Source: a virus. From it: DNA of 64,000 bases. Position 1 is the first letter of the stretch; every line of letters starts with the position of its first letter. The translations under genes were made by a program, and so were the position numbers. The notes under the pieces were generated by a model, which searched no databases, had not been told where the DNA came from, and saw only the letters and a list, made by a program, of their open reading frames with translations. The stretch lies in IMG/VR virus record IMGVR_UViG_3300042894_002769, positions 15,226 through 79,225 of that record, one strand, 5' to 3'. Positions 9,843-18,249 of the stretch are shown piece by piece.

Positions 9843-10874
9843 TTAGGCTTCGCGTGTTACTAAACGAGCAAATGGAATTTGCTTACGTTCTGAATAAACA
9901 CGTTGCCATGAAGCAGCTGCTGCCAAAGTTGTATCATCAGCACCGCCACTTGGAGTAGTTGAGCCAACCCAACCACAGCCAACAGGTGCAATTGCCCATT
10001 CAACACGGTTGTAGAGTTCTTCACGACCACCGCCAGTACCAAGTTCAGGACGACGGATTGTTTCGGTAGGTACTTTTGGAGCGCCAAAGCCTAAGCGAAC
10101 AGCGCCATCAGCAAATAACCAAGATTCATAAACACCAGTTGCAGGATTTGGCATAGCGTCATCAACAATTACTTCTTTACCCATGAAGTAAGGAATGCTC
10201 ATTGCGCCTTCAGATGGTTTGATAAATTGAATCAAATCATTTTTAAGCATACGAGCGTAAACGATGCTGTGTACCATAATTGTGTTGATAACATCCATGC
10301 TATCGCCCATCGTTGCAGCAGCTTCAATGAATGCTGACGCGCTGAATGTGGTTGTTGATGCGTTATAAGTTGTCGCTGTATTCAAACCGTCTGTTGAGAA
10401 CGCTAAGTTACGAACTAAGTCATAACGGACGTGTTCTGAAGCAGTTGGAGCTGCGTCATTGTCAGCAAAGATTCCTTTCATTGTTGCAATAAATGTAGCT
10501 TGATGCGCACGCGCCCAAACTGATGCAACACGATTAGCAATGCTCATCATTGGGTCAGCACCTGCTAATGCAGCTTCCAAATCGTAGCTTGACCATGCAC
10601 CATTGCGTGATAAACGGATTTGAGTTTCAACTGCCGCAGTAGTTACCGCTGGAGTTGCTGCTGAAGAAGTTGCTGTTGATACGTTGATTGCCGAAGTTGA
10701 CAAATCGCGGAATGATGGGATGTTGGTTGTGTAACCGCCACCAGCTAAGAATGAATCCAATAACGGGTCAAGAGTTACCGCACGAGATTGAATTAAGCGT
10801 GATTTTTGTTGTGTTAACTGTTGTACATAAGGGTTAAATACCTCTGGTACAATGATATTGTTTAAAGAAGCCAT
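9843..10874 (-). CDS. Major capsid protein
   Basis: IIVPEVFNPYV...G.T.NIPSFRDL...GADPM..IA...MHS.VY...VIVDD...WQRVY.RKQIP. Confidence 0.9.
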   Translation of the reverse strand: MASLNNIIVPEVFNPYVQQLTQQKSRLIQSRAVTLDPLLDSFLAGGGYTTNIPSFRDLSTSAINVSTATSSAATPAVTTAAVETQIRLSRNGAWSSYDLEAALAGADPMMSIANRVASVWARAHQATFIATMKGIFADNDAAPTASEHVRYDLVRNLAFSTDGLNTATTYNASTTTFSASAFIEAAATMGDSMDVINTIMVHSIVYARMLKNDLIQFIKPSEGAMSIPYFMGKEVIVDDAMPNPATGVYESWLFADGAVRLGFGAPKVPTETIRRPELGTGGGREELYNRVEWAIAPVGCGWVGSTTPSGGADDTTLAAAASWQRVYSERKQIPFARLVTREA

Positions 10875-10982
10875 GATTGATTCCTAAGTAAAGATAAGTG
10901 TTTAATTTTTTCATAACTAAAATTCCTTTCCCATGATTAGAATTTATAAAAGAAAACGTCAACCATTTGACGCGCTTACCTT

Positions 10983-11012
10983 AACTTAGCATATCTAGCG
11001 TATTTTTGTCAA
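10983..11012 (-). promoter_or_regulatory. Sigma70-like promoter of capsid operon
   Basis: TTGACA-18nt-TAAGTT with extended TG. Confidence 0.55.
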
Positions 11013-11013
11013 T

Positions 11014-11042
11014 AAAAAAGCCACCGTTTTACGGGTGGCTTT
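11014..11042 (-). terminator. Intrinsic terminator after scaffold gene
   Basis: AAAGCCACC/GGTGGCTTT stem plus T-run. Confidence 0.7.
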
Positions 11043-11057
11043 AGTTGGCGTTGTTGC

Positions 11058-11855
11058 TTAGTTAAGCGACACACCGTGCATTGCCGCAAGTCGTACTGCT
11101 TCGGCTTTATTATTTGTATAAACCTCACCTTGTTTTGTGAGATTTAGCGTAGCCGGATTCCAAGGATTTGTTGCGCCACCATAACTAGTTGATGAGCCGC
11201 CCATCGAACCGCCACCTTGAGATTGACCCCACCAGTAAGGATTCAAAGGTTGTCTTTCAGATAACCAAACACTCACATCTAAAAATGGCGTACAGCCAGC
11301 ATTTTCACGAGTGACTACTTTACCTTCGTCGTTCACAACAAATACTTTTTCAGCCAATAACTGAACATGCTCACGATGCTCAGGAACAATTTTGGCTTTG
11401 TTAATTTCGGCTTCAACAGCATCTTTAATTAAACGTGCATTACGTTCAGCTTGATGTTGTTGTAATAGTTTGTCACGGTCAGCTAATTGCTGTTGCAAAG
11501 TTTGTTTTTCAGCTTCAAGTGGTCTGACCAAGGCTTTGACACGCGCTTCAGCAACTTCATTAACTTTTGATTCGTCAAAAGTACCAGTGCCAGCAGCTTC
11601 AAGTTCAGTCAATTTTGTTAATGATGATTTCAATGTATCAATATCGCCAAGCTCAATGTAAGGACGTAGTGACTCTTTGACAAGACGATGGTCATTACGT
11701 TCTTTTGTTAACGAACTTGTTAAGCGTTCAATATCAGCATCGGTTTTTAAACCAACAACGCCCGTTAATTTATATGTGTCACCTTCTTGTGTGTAAAGCA
11801 CATGGAAGGCTTCAGGAATGGCATCAAGTGATGCTTCAACTGGGTTTAACTTCAT
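11058..11855 (-). CDS. Capsid scaffolding protein
   Basis: Coiled coil; C-terminal GGGS...NPW...NLTKQG motif; lies between portal and capsid. Confidence 0.8.
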   Translation of the reverse strand: MKLNPVEASLDAIPEAFHVLYTQEGDTYKLTGVVGLKTDADIERLTSSLTKERNDHRLVKESLRPYIELGDIDTLKSSLTKLTELEAAGTGTFDESKVNEVAEARVKALVRPLEAEKQTLQQQLADRDKLLQQHQAERNARLIKDAVEAEINKAKIVPEHREHVQLLAEKVFVVNDEGKVVTRENAGCTPFLDVSVWLSERQPLNPYWWGQSQGGGSMGGSSTSYGGATNPWNPATLNLTKQGEVYTNNKAEAVRLAAMHGVSLN

Positions 11856-11877
11856 GATAATTTCCTAATTGGTTAGT

Positions 11878-13410
11878 TTATTTAGGTGCGTTATTGTAAC
11901 CTGTTTTTAGCGTATTAGCTGGATTATCAGGTGGTACATTTTGCGCATCTGGTTGTGGTGGTACTACTTTTGGCTGCATTGCTTCTTTCTGTTTAATTGC
12001 CTGCTCGCGTTGGTCAGCAAGTTCTTTTTCAGCAGTTTGCAATTCATTTTCAAATTCAAGTTTAGTAAAGTTTTGAGTTTTAAGCAAGGTATGAATAGAC
12101 TCATTTGCCAAAGGCGCACCCATAGTTTTAGCTTGCATAAGCTGAACAAAATCTTGACCAGTAAGTTTTAAATTCACGAAATCTAAGTTAGCTTTCACTG
12201 AAACTTCTTTTGGGTCACATCCCATCCACTCCGCAGCAATTCTCAAAATACGCTCAAGTCCTGACGCACAAGTTAATGCAACTTCCATCAAATTTGCAGT
12301 TTGTGCAGTCATTCGCAATCTTAACGCATCGCCTGATTCTTGAGTTGATTTTGAGTTAAGTAACTGACCTGCTTTTGCTTGTGCGGAAGAACGGTCATTT
12401 TCAATTGCCATACGCATTTCAGAAAGACCTGATGATGACACGCCTATGTATTTAGCATCGCCACCTATGTTCACATCAATTTTAGAGCCAGCACCAACAC
12501 GCACATCTTCATCAGGATTTCCCATGCCGCCAATCACAATTAAAGTTTCTTGACCTTGCATGTAAAGCGTATGTCGATAATCTGCTTCGCCACGATATAT
12601 CAACATGCACGAATCAACTAAACCTTGCAATGGCATTGCATCCACTTTAGCTAAGTTGTTTTTACTGTTAATAAACACAAACGGTATTTGCTGTAATGTT
12701 TCTGACCGAATTGCAGGAATATATCGCTCAGTCATGTTTTCAAGACTTATGGTATCGAAGCCTTGATAAACCGATTGCACATAACCGTAACCGGCATTTG
12801 ACGGCTCATTAGCTTCAATGTCACCAAGTGTCAATACGCGATAACGATTTACCCATTGCCATTCAAACGATTTTCTAAAGTAACGTGACTCATCAAGTAC
12901 GACTAAATTAAGACTGTTTAAACCACCAATATTATCGTTATCGTCCCAGTTAATGATTGTTTCAGCTGGATACATTGCAATGTATGGCTCAAGCTCAGTA
13001 ACCTTATCAGCAGGTAAATCAAGCAATAATCCGACACGACCTGTTAATAATTGTTCGTGATGAATTTTTCTAATCAGAGTATTTAAACTATCGTTAGTAA
13101 TTGTTGCCTTTTTACGCAAAAATTCCATCTTAGCCGGTAGCTCAATAATGGTTTCTTTGTTATTTAAAAGACCAATATAAGATTGCGTGGCAGTTGCTAC
13201 ATAATCAGGAAATACTGCACGTTGCTTATATGACTCATAATTAATATAACCGACTTCTTTAACATTCATACCGTCTTGCAAATGACTTGCTGTCGCTGGC
13301 AGGTACAATTGACCTTTGCGCTTAACGTATCTCTCGCCAGCGTAACAATCACGCGCTGTTACCCAGTCGGGTGCTTGCATTAAATATTCAGGGTGTTTTG
13401 TTGTTATCAT
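11878..13410 (-). CDS. Portal protein (DUF4055 family)
   Basis: HPEY...W...RD...GE..VK..G..YLP...Y..Y..RA.F; GR.GLL.D; ESG.AL.LR. Confidence 0.88.
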   Translation of the reverse strand: MITTKHPEYLMQAPDWVTARDCYAGERYVKRKGQLYLPATASHLQDGMNVKEVGYINYESYKQRAVFPDYVATATQSYIGLLNNKETIIELPAKMEFLRKKATITNDSLNTLIRKIHHEQLLTGRVGLLLDLPADKVTELEPYIAMYPAETIINWDDNDNIGGLNSLNLVVLDESRYFRKSFEWQWVNRYRVLTLGDIEANEPSNAGYGYVQSVYQGFDTISLENMTERYIPAIRSETLQQIPFVFINSKNNLAKVDAMPLQGLVDSCMLIYRGEADYRHTLYMQGQETLIVIGGMGNPDEDVRVGAGSKIDVNIGGDAKYIGVSSSGLSEMRMAIENDRSSAQAKAGQLLNSKSTQESGDALRLRMTAQTANLMEVALTCASGLERILRIAAEWMGCDPKEVSVKANLDFVNLKLTGQDFVQLMQAKTMGAPLANESIHTLLKTQNFTKLEFENELQTAEKELADQREQAIKQKEAMQPKVVPPQPDAQNVPPDNPANTLKTGYNNAPK

Positions 13411-13411
13411 G

Positions 13412-13636
13412 TTAAACGCCTACCTTATCGGAAGTAATATTGATTAGATAGACATTTAGTCCACCCATCGCACTCATGAATTGCGTATATTGGTCGGTTG
13501 TTAAATTAAAGTCGGGAATGAAACTGGCAATTGCGGGAGCAATGATGACAAAAATGTTTAAAATAATTTGAAATCGCTTAACGCCTGTTGCACATGATAT
13601 GACATTTCCTTCTTTCAAAGCTGTGATTGGTGACAT
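13412..13636 (-). CDS. Small membrane protein (holin-like)
   Basis: Two hydrophobic segments, C-terminal TSDKVG; start placed at MSPI. Confidence 0.5.
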   Translation of the reverse strand: MSPITALKEGNVISCATGVKRFQIILNIFVIIAPAIASFIPDFNLTTDQYTQFMSAMGGLNVYLINITSDKVGV

Positions 13637-13671
13637 GCGCCATCCCTCGAAAATGTTAATTTTAATCACTG

Positions 13672-13700
13672 CTTATACCATATAGGTCGTTTTTTGTAAA
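13672..13700 (-). promoter_or_regulatory. Sigma70-like promoter of portal operon
   Basis: TTTACA-17nt-TATAAG with extended TG. Confidence 0.5.
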
Positions 13701-13713
13701 TAAAGCAACTTTC

Positions 13714-13773
13714 AAAAAAAAAAAACCGAAGCAGTGTGACGTACTTCGGTTAAAGGAGTTCCACTAATGGAAT
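13714..13773 (-). ncRNA. Putative ~60-nt sRNA (small hairpin + CUCCUUU + terminator)
   Basis: Promoter TTGCTA(13804-13809)-18nt-TATAGT(13780-13785); terminator stem AACCGAAG/CTTCGGTT followed by a long T-run. Confidence 0.4.
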
Positions 13774-13785
13774 GACAATACTATA

Positions 13786-14025
13786 TCACATTATGGAATC
13801 ACTTAGCAAAGGCATGTACATTTTGCTGAAATATTCTTTTGAAATCCATGTGACATAATCGATATTTTCATTAATTTCAGTAACAACTAAATAACCATCT
13901 TCATTACTTTCTACCTCATCAGTTCCATCTGAGATGTAAATATCGCCACCAGTTATTGACAATTCATATTCAAACCATGTCATCGGTTTGGCTTTTACTT
14001 TTGCAAAACTCACATAACTTTGCAT
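13786..14025 (-). CDS. Small protein resembling the N-terminal half of the 16334-16792 protein
   Basis: AKPMT...EDGYLV...YVTWISKEYF vs AVEMT...DAGYLV...YVTWSPKEVF; start MQSYV just after the TerL stop. Confidence 0.65.
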   Translation of the reverse strand: MQSYVSFAKVKAKPMTWFEYELSITGGDIYISDGTDEVESNEDGYLVVTEINENIDYVTWISKEYFSKMYMPLLSDSIM

Positions 14026-14026
14026 T

Positions 14027-15553
14027 CTATGCTCCTTTTGTTTTACCAAATCTCGCTCCGGTAGCAGTTGATAATATTTTGTATCGTAATTCGTCAGCAA
14101 TATGGTCACAAGAATCCGTATCCAAATCGTCTAAGTTTTTAGAATCACGAGGGAGTGTTGGGAAAATTTCAATGAAATCTTTACAAGTATTAAAAACAAA
14201 TAATCCTGCCTTTTCGCGTATTCCTGTAGGCGGTTTAAAAGAATTGCTCAAAAACTCTCGAACAGCAATCCATCCACCGACACGACTTCCAGCTGACTTA
14301 TCTGACCTTGCCCATGCTACGCCTTGGCGTATTGTCCCATCGTCCAGTCTAACCGGCTTTAACATGTCACCAGCAATCGAAATACCTGATTGAATGTTCC
14401 ATATTGCATTATCGGCTGCACCAGCGCGTACACGCCCATAGATGCCCATTTTTAGTTCTCTTTCGATGATGCCTTTGGAAATCATTTCATTTTTCATATA
14501 CAAACCTTTGTTTGTATCATCAGGGTCACAACCATACCATTCACCTATTCTGAATACATCGCCTTTCACTGTTGACATCAATCGCCCATTGGCAAGAACA
14601 ATATCTGAGCCATCAGAAGTCCAATACCAACCGACAGAAAATGGTGCGCTACTTCCCCAGTCAAAACATCTATCAATTGTACCCGCATTAGGAATATTAA
14701 AAGGTTTAACCACATGCACAAAACTATCCCAAACATCATCGAACATACCTCCGTCAACACCAGCATCCCAATCGCCAAATAACCAAGCTCTGCGTTTAGC
14801 AGGGTCTTTGATTTTATATAAATCGACAATATATTTTGGTGAAAGTTTTTTGTTTTCTGCCCAAGTTGAAAAAATGTGACACTGTGTCGTAGTTATTGGT
14901 TCGACTTCTTGGGTTCGAGGATTTAAAATTTCTACAGTTGTTTTTAGTATTTCACCCGATATACTTGCATCGATAAAGCGTTTTTTAAGCCAATTTCGAC
15001 CAACACCTGATGGGTTGCTGGTATAAAATTGACACATGGGAATTTCAGGCAGTATTGTGCCATCTGATAATGGATTTTCTTCAGGTACAAATGATGACCG
15101 ATTGAGTGATGACAATAAATCGACTATCACAGGTGTGGGTTGCTTACTGACCTCGTTAACACCGATAAATGGAAACTCTGACCCATGTAGCTTGTCATAG
15201 TCATCCATTGAACGTATGGCGCGTAGGAGTAATTCTTCGCCTGTTTTCCATACCCATTTGTACTCACCTTTTGATGCCAAAAATTTAGCACCATCATTGA
15301 ACTGTAAAAAATATTTTTTAGTTTTTCCGATAATATCATCAAGTGACGATAACTGTGTATCGATGATTAATCCGCGCCAGAAAATACCATAACCTCTACC
15401 AACAGTTTGCCGAAATCGCATAATTTGAACGTCTGTCTTACCGCCACCACGAGTACCGTGATAGAGTATGGTATTACTTGGACAAGACATTGCCAATCGT
15501 TGACTGCCTTCCTGTGCTTCCCAAACTAATTTTTGATTTGGTTCTAATTGCAT
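14027..15553 (-). CDS. terL: Terminase large subunit
   Basis: Walker A GTRGGGKT, TSNPSG coupling motif, RNase H-like FDWGSSAPFS and DHIADELRY. Confidence 0.92.
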   Translation of the reverse strand: MQLEPNQKLVWEAQEGSQRLAMSCPSNTILYHGTRGGGKTDVQIMRFRQTVGRGYGIFWRGLIIDTQLSSLDDIIGKTKKYFLQFNDGAKFLASKGEYKWVWKTGEELLLRAIRSMDDYDKLHGSEFPFIGVNEVSKQPTPVIVDLLSSLNRSSFVPEENPLSDGTILPEIPMCQFYTSNPSGVGRNWLKKRFIDASISGEILKTTVEILNPRTQEVEPITTTQCHIFSTWAENKKLSPKYIVDLYKIKDPAKRRAWLFGDWDAGVDGGMFDDVWDSFVHVVKPFNIPNAGTIDRCFDWGSSAPFSVGWYWTSDGSDIVLANGRLMSTVKGDVFRIGEWYGCDPDDTNKGLYMKNEMISKGIIERELKMGIYGRVRAGAADNAIWNIQSGISIAGDMLKPVRLDDGTIRQGVAWARSDKSAGSRVGGWIAVREFLSNSFKPPTGIREKAGLFVFNTCKDFIEIFPTLPRDSKNLDDLDTDSCDHIADELRYKILSTATGARFGKTKGA

Positions 15554-15581
15554 AATTGTTATTATTAAAATGGCTCAAAAT

Positions 15582-15622
15582 AAAAAAGGCAACCAACGAG
15601 CCTGAAGGTTGCCTTTCTTTTT
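15582..15622. terminator. Bidirectional-type intrinsic terminator
   Basis: AAAGGCAACC/GGTTGCCTTT stem flanked by A and T runs. Confidence 0.6.
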
Positions 15623-15645
15623 ATAGCAAAATAATTATTTGCAAA

Positions 15646-15720
15646 CTAGCAAACAACTTTTTTACCTTTACCTTTACCAGTGCCTTTTTTTGGCATCATT
15701 GGTTTTTTCATAGCAGCCAT
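15646..15720 (-). CDS. 24-aa Lys/Gly-rich peptide MAAMKKPMMPKKGTGKGKGKKVVC
   Basis: Manual translation; GGAG RBS upstream; followed by a terminator. Confidence 0.55.
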   Translation of the reverse strand: MAAMKKPMMPKKGTGKGKGKKVVC

Positions 15721-15752
15721 GATAGCTTCTCCAGTCAGATTAAAATCGAATC

Positions 15753-15905
15753 CTACTTTAACTTAGTACCGCAAACGGTACAAGTAAAATTATTTTTAGT
15801 ATCTGAATTCATCACACGCATATCTTTGCCATGTAACTTATCTTGTGATTGACCTGCTAATGATTTTTTGTCGCAATTATTGCATCTTTTAATCTCAGCC
15901 GTCAT
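15753..15905 (-). CDS. 50-aa zinc-ribbon protein
   Basis: Manual translation MTAEIKRCNNC...QDKLHGKDMRV.N...CTVCG; overlaps the upstream stop. Confidence 0.65.
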   Translation of the reverse strand: MTAEIKRCNNCDKKSLAGQSQDKLHGKDMRVMNSDTKNNFTCTVCGTKLK

Positions 15906-16167
15906 TTTGAATTTCCTCGACAGGCGCTACAGGTAACTCGACATCAATTACGCTATCATCAGTTAGTGCAAATAGCGCTATTCTTTTTTCAAGTGCCACT
16001 AAGTAGCCAGTCATGTGTAATAACTGTGTGTTAAGTAAAGCTACATGTTCCTGTGAAATATCCACATTAATTGCGCCATGTGCAAGGTCTGTTAAGAACT
16101 TTGACAAGTCATTAAGTTTAACCTCTAAGGCTTCTTTTTCACTAATTACTCTTTCTTGGAATGACAT
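15895..16167 (-). CDS. crAss001_48-like helical protein
   Basis: FQERVISEK..L..KL..L..F...LL..QL..M..Y...LE.RI. Confidence 0.7.
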   Translation of the reverse strand: MSFQERVISEKEALEVKLNDLSKFLTDLAHGAINVDISQEHVALLNTQLLHMTGYLVALEKRIALFALTDDSVIDVELPVAPVEEIQNDG

Positions 16168-16183
16168 AATTTTTCCTCTAAGT

Positions 16184-16246
16184 TGGTCAGTTATGAGGGA
16201 CTTGCACCCCCGACCTCAGCGCTCTACCAAACTGAGCTAATAACTG
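16184..16246 (-). ncRNA. tRNA-like RNA lacking the anticodon arm, CCA-ended
   Basis: CAGTTAT TA GCTC-AGTTTGGTA-GAGC GCTGAGGTC GGGGG-TGCAAGT-CCCTC ATAACTG A CCA. Confidence 0.8.
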
Positions 16247-16257
16247 TAATATAAACG

Positions 16258-16333
16258 TGGTGTCCTCACAGGGAGTCGAACCCCAATCTTACGCATTATG
16301 AGTACGGAGCATTGACCGTTATGCTATAAGGAC
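16258..16333 (-). tRNA. tRNA with CAT anticodon (Met elongator or Ile2)
   Basis: 76-nt cloverleaf: GTCCTTA/TGAGGAC acceptor, GCAT/ATGC D stem, CT-CAT-AA loop, TTCGACT T loop, ACCA end. Confidence 0.88.
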
Positions 16334-16792
16334 TTACTCAATCACATACCAATCATCTGCAAGTGTGTCACTAACTGATGCAACCCATGTGTCAAATGAA
16401 TTTCTGGTATTTTTAATAACAAAATGCGCACATAATTCTGAAAATTCAAAGTCACGCGCTTTAACTAATTTAACATACATACCATTACCGTTCCAGCCAG
16501 CGCGAGCCACAATGTGACCCACTTTAAGCGCTTCAATTGCCATACCAAATGACAATCTATCAACAGGGCGATAGGCTTTTGAAAAAACTTCTTTTGGCGA
16601 CCATGTAACATAGCCGTCATACTGTACGGTATTAGCTTGACCACCATCAAGATATTCAACTAAATAACCTGCGTCGTTTGGGTTTTCATCTTTTGGAAGT
16701 TCCCATCCGCGAAAATCATTGTACTCTTGACGTGTCATTTCAACAGCGTTAATTACTTTTGTGCCGATATATTGTCGCATAAAATTTCTCAA
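16334..16792 (-). CDS. DUF2829 / Thoeris anti-defence Tad2-family protein
   Basis: LSFGMAIEALK.G..VARAGWNG.GM...WVASVSD.LADDW. Confidence 0.8.
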   Translation of the reverse strand: MRNFMRQYIGTKVINAVEMTRQEYNDFRGWELPKDENPNDAGYLVEYLDGGQANTVQYDGYVTWSPKEVFSKAYRPVDRLSFGMAIEALKVGHIVARAGWNGNGMYVKLVKARDFEFSELCAHFVIKNTRNSFDTWVASVSDTLADDWYVIE

Positions 16793-17499
16793 TTGTTGTA
16801 ACGTAGTAAAATATCACGACAAATGCCTGACCGAACAACGTCATCGATGGTGAAATAGCAAAATTGAATGTTATTCACATTTTGTAATCGATTCATAGCA
16901 TCTTTAAGTCCTGATTTACAACTTATATCACATTGATTCACATCACCATCGATAATTATCTTACAGCCTTCACCAACACGAGTTAGAAACATGCGCATTT
17001 GTTCAACTGATGTATTTTGTGCTTCATCAAGTATCACAACTGAATCGGTGAATGTCACACCTCGCATATAGGCTAATGGTTTGAACTCAATCATTTTCTT
17101 ATTCAGATAATAATCCACCACAGGCTTACCCAAACGTCGTGATAATATCTCTATCATTGGGAGCATCCAAGGCTCAGTCTTATCTGATAATTCACCTTTC
17201 AAATAACCAAGGCTTTCACCAGCTTCAACTATTGGACGACAAATGATTATTTTGGTTATGTTTTTTAATTGCAATTGTTGCGCAGCATAACTTAGCGCAA
17301 TATAACTTTTTCCAGTACCAGCGCAACCTACGCCAAAAGTAATAATATTGCCATAAATTGCATTTAAATATTGTTGTTGTGCATCGTTTAAAGCAGTGGG
17401 TGCTTTGACATGATATGTCTGCTCAACCTGATACGATACAGATTCTTCTAATTTAGCTTTACGTTTATCCCTTCTTTTTGCTCTTTTATCAAATTCCAT
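16789..17499 (-). CDS. phoH: PhoH-like ATPase
   Basis: G.AGTGKS, RP.VEAGE.LGYL.G, LAYMRG.TF, LDEAQN, FLTR.G, GD..Q.D, VVRS. Confidence 0.93.
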   Translation of the reverse strand: MEFDKRAKRRDKRKAKLEESVSYQVEQTYHVKAPTALNDAQQQYLNAIYGNIITFGVGCAGTGKSYIALSYAAQQLQLKNITKIIICRPIVEAGESLGYLKGELSDKTEPWMLPMIEILSRRLGKPVVDYYLNKKMIEFKPLAYMRGVTFTDSVVILDEAQNTSVEQMRMFLTRVGEGCKIIIDGDVNQCDISCKSGLKDAMNRLQNVNNIQFCYFTIDDVVRSGICRDILLRYNN

Positions 17500-17523
17500 A
17501 AAGTCCCTAGTTAGTTTAGAAGT

Positions 17524-17670
17524 TGATAGTTGCTGGTACTGAACTCCGGCTTGTGGTGCTGTTTAACACACGCTTACTCTTTCGAGATAGTTACCCCTAC
17601 AGTAACACTCCACTAGGCTTTTGGGCTTCTACCCCGTTCCATAGCATATCAGCCTATGCTTTAACTATCA
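17524..17670 (-). ncRNA. Structured RNA, resembles skipping-rope RNA motif
   Basis: Closing stem TGATAGTT/AACTATCA; 5' hairpin GCATA-GGCTGA-TATGC; 3' hairpin GCCGG-AGTTCAGTA-CCAGC; loops complementary (GCTGA/TCAGT). Family name from memory of the consensus. Confidence 0.6.
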
Positions 17671-17765
17671 CGCATGCCAACTGGTATGCAATTAGCATGC
17701 GTGATAATACTTAGCACATTGCGGAAAACGTATATATCCATTAACCGCATGTGCAATTTTGTCAT

Positions 17766-17859
17766 TTACCCAATGGGAATTGAACCCATAATTTATCATA
17801 AATATCGTGTCGCGCTTGATAAGATATGATTTGGTTTACCTAGTTTAACCTATAGGTTT
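17766..17859 (-). ncRNA. tRNA-like element with expanded, non-canonical anticodon domain, no encoded CCA
   Basis: D arm GGTT-AAACTAGGTA-AACC; T arm ATGGG-TTCAATT-CCCAT; 5-bp acceptor ACCTA/TGGGT. Confidence 0.5.
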
Positions 17860-17872
17860 ATCACAAGGTTTT

Positions 17873-17902
17873 ATCTTACTGCTGGTTTAGGGCGCTTGTC
17901 AA
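17873..17902 (-). promoter_or_regulatory. Sigma70 promoter for ncRNA cluster/phoH operon
   Basis: TTGACA-18nt-TAAGAT. Confidence 0.6.
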
Positions 17903-18060
17903 TACTGTTTGCGATTAGTTGCTAAAATACCTGTCACAATGATATGAACAAGTCCTAGCGTACTGATGCACAAAAATAAAATATTGCGAAAATCGTTATA
18001 ATTTTGTGACCAATTATGCGTGTGGTGATTTTCATGTGGAATTCTCACAAGGAGTTTAAA

Positions 18061-18243
18061 AAGAAAAACCCCGCATCACACGGGCAGCGATACGGGGTTT
18101 GTCCTTATTTTTATGCCGATTCTGCATTAAGAGTCGTGGAGGATATGATGAGGTATCGGCATTAATAATATTGCCGTCTTTCCGAGCTGTCATTTCACCA
18201 CAAAAGGAGAGTATAAATGTCACATGAACGTCACAAATAATAC
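18061..18243 (-). ncRNA. Putative ~180-nt sRNA with anti-RBS modules
   Basis: Own promoter (18250-18278) and terminator (AAACCCCG/CGGGGTTT plus T-run); internal hairpins; no substantial ORF. Confidence 0.55.
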
Positions 18244-18249
18244 AGCCTT

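Noticed and set aside
17523-17714. 63-aa plus-strand ORF
   Set aside because: Opposite to local transcription and overlaps a structured RNA
17899-18050. Small minus-strand membrane-peptide ORF
   Set aside because: No convincing RBS or start; two competing short frames; insufficient support
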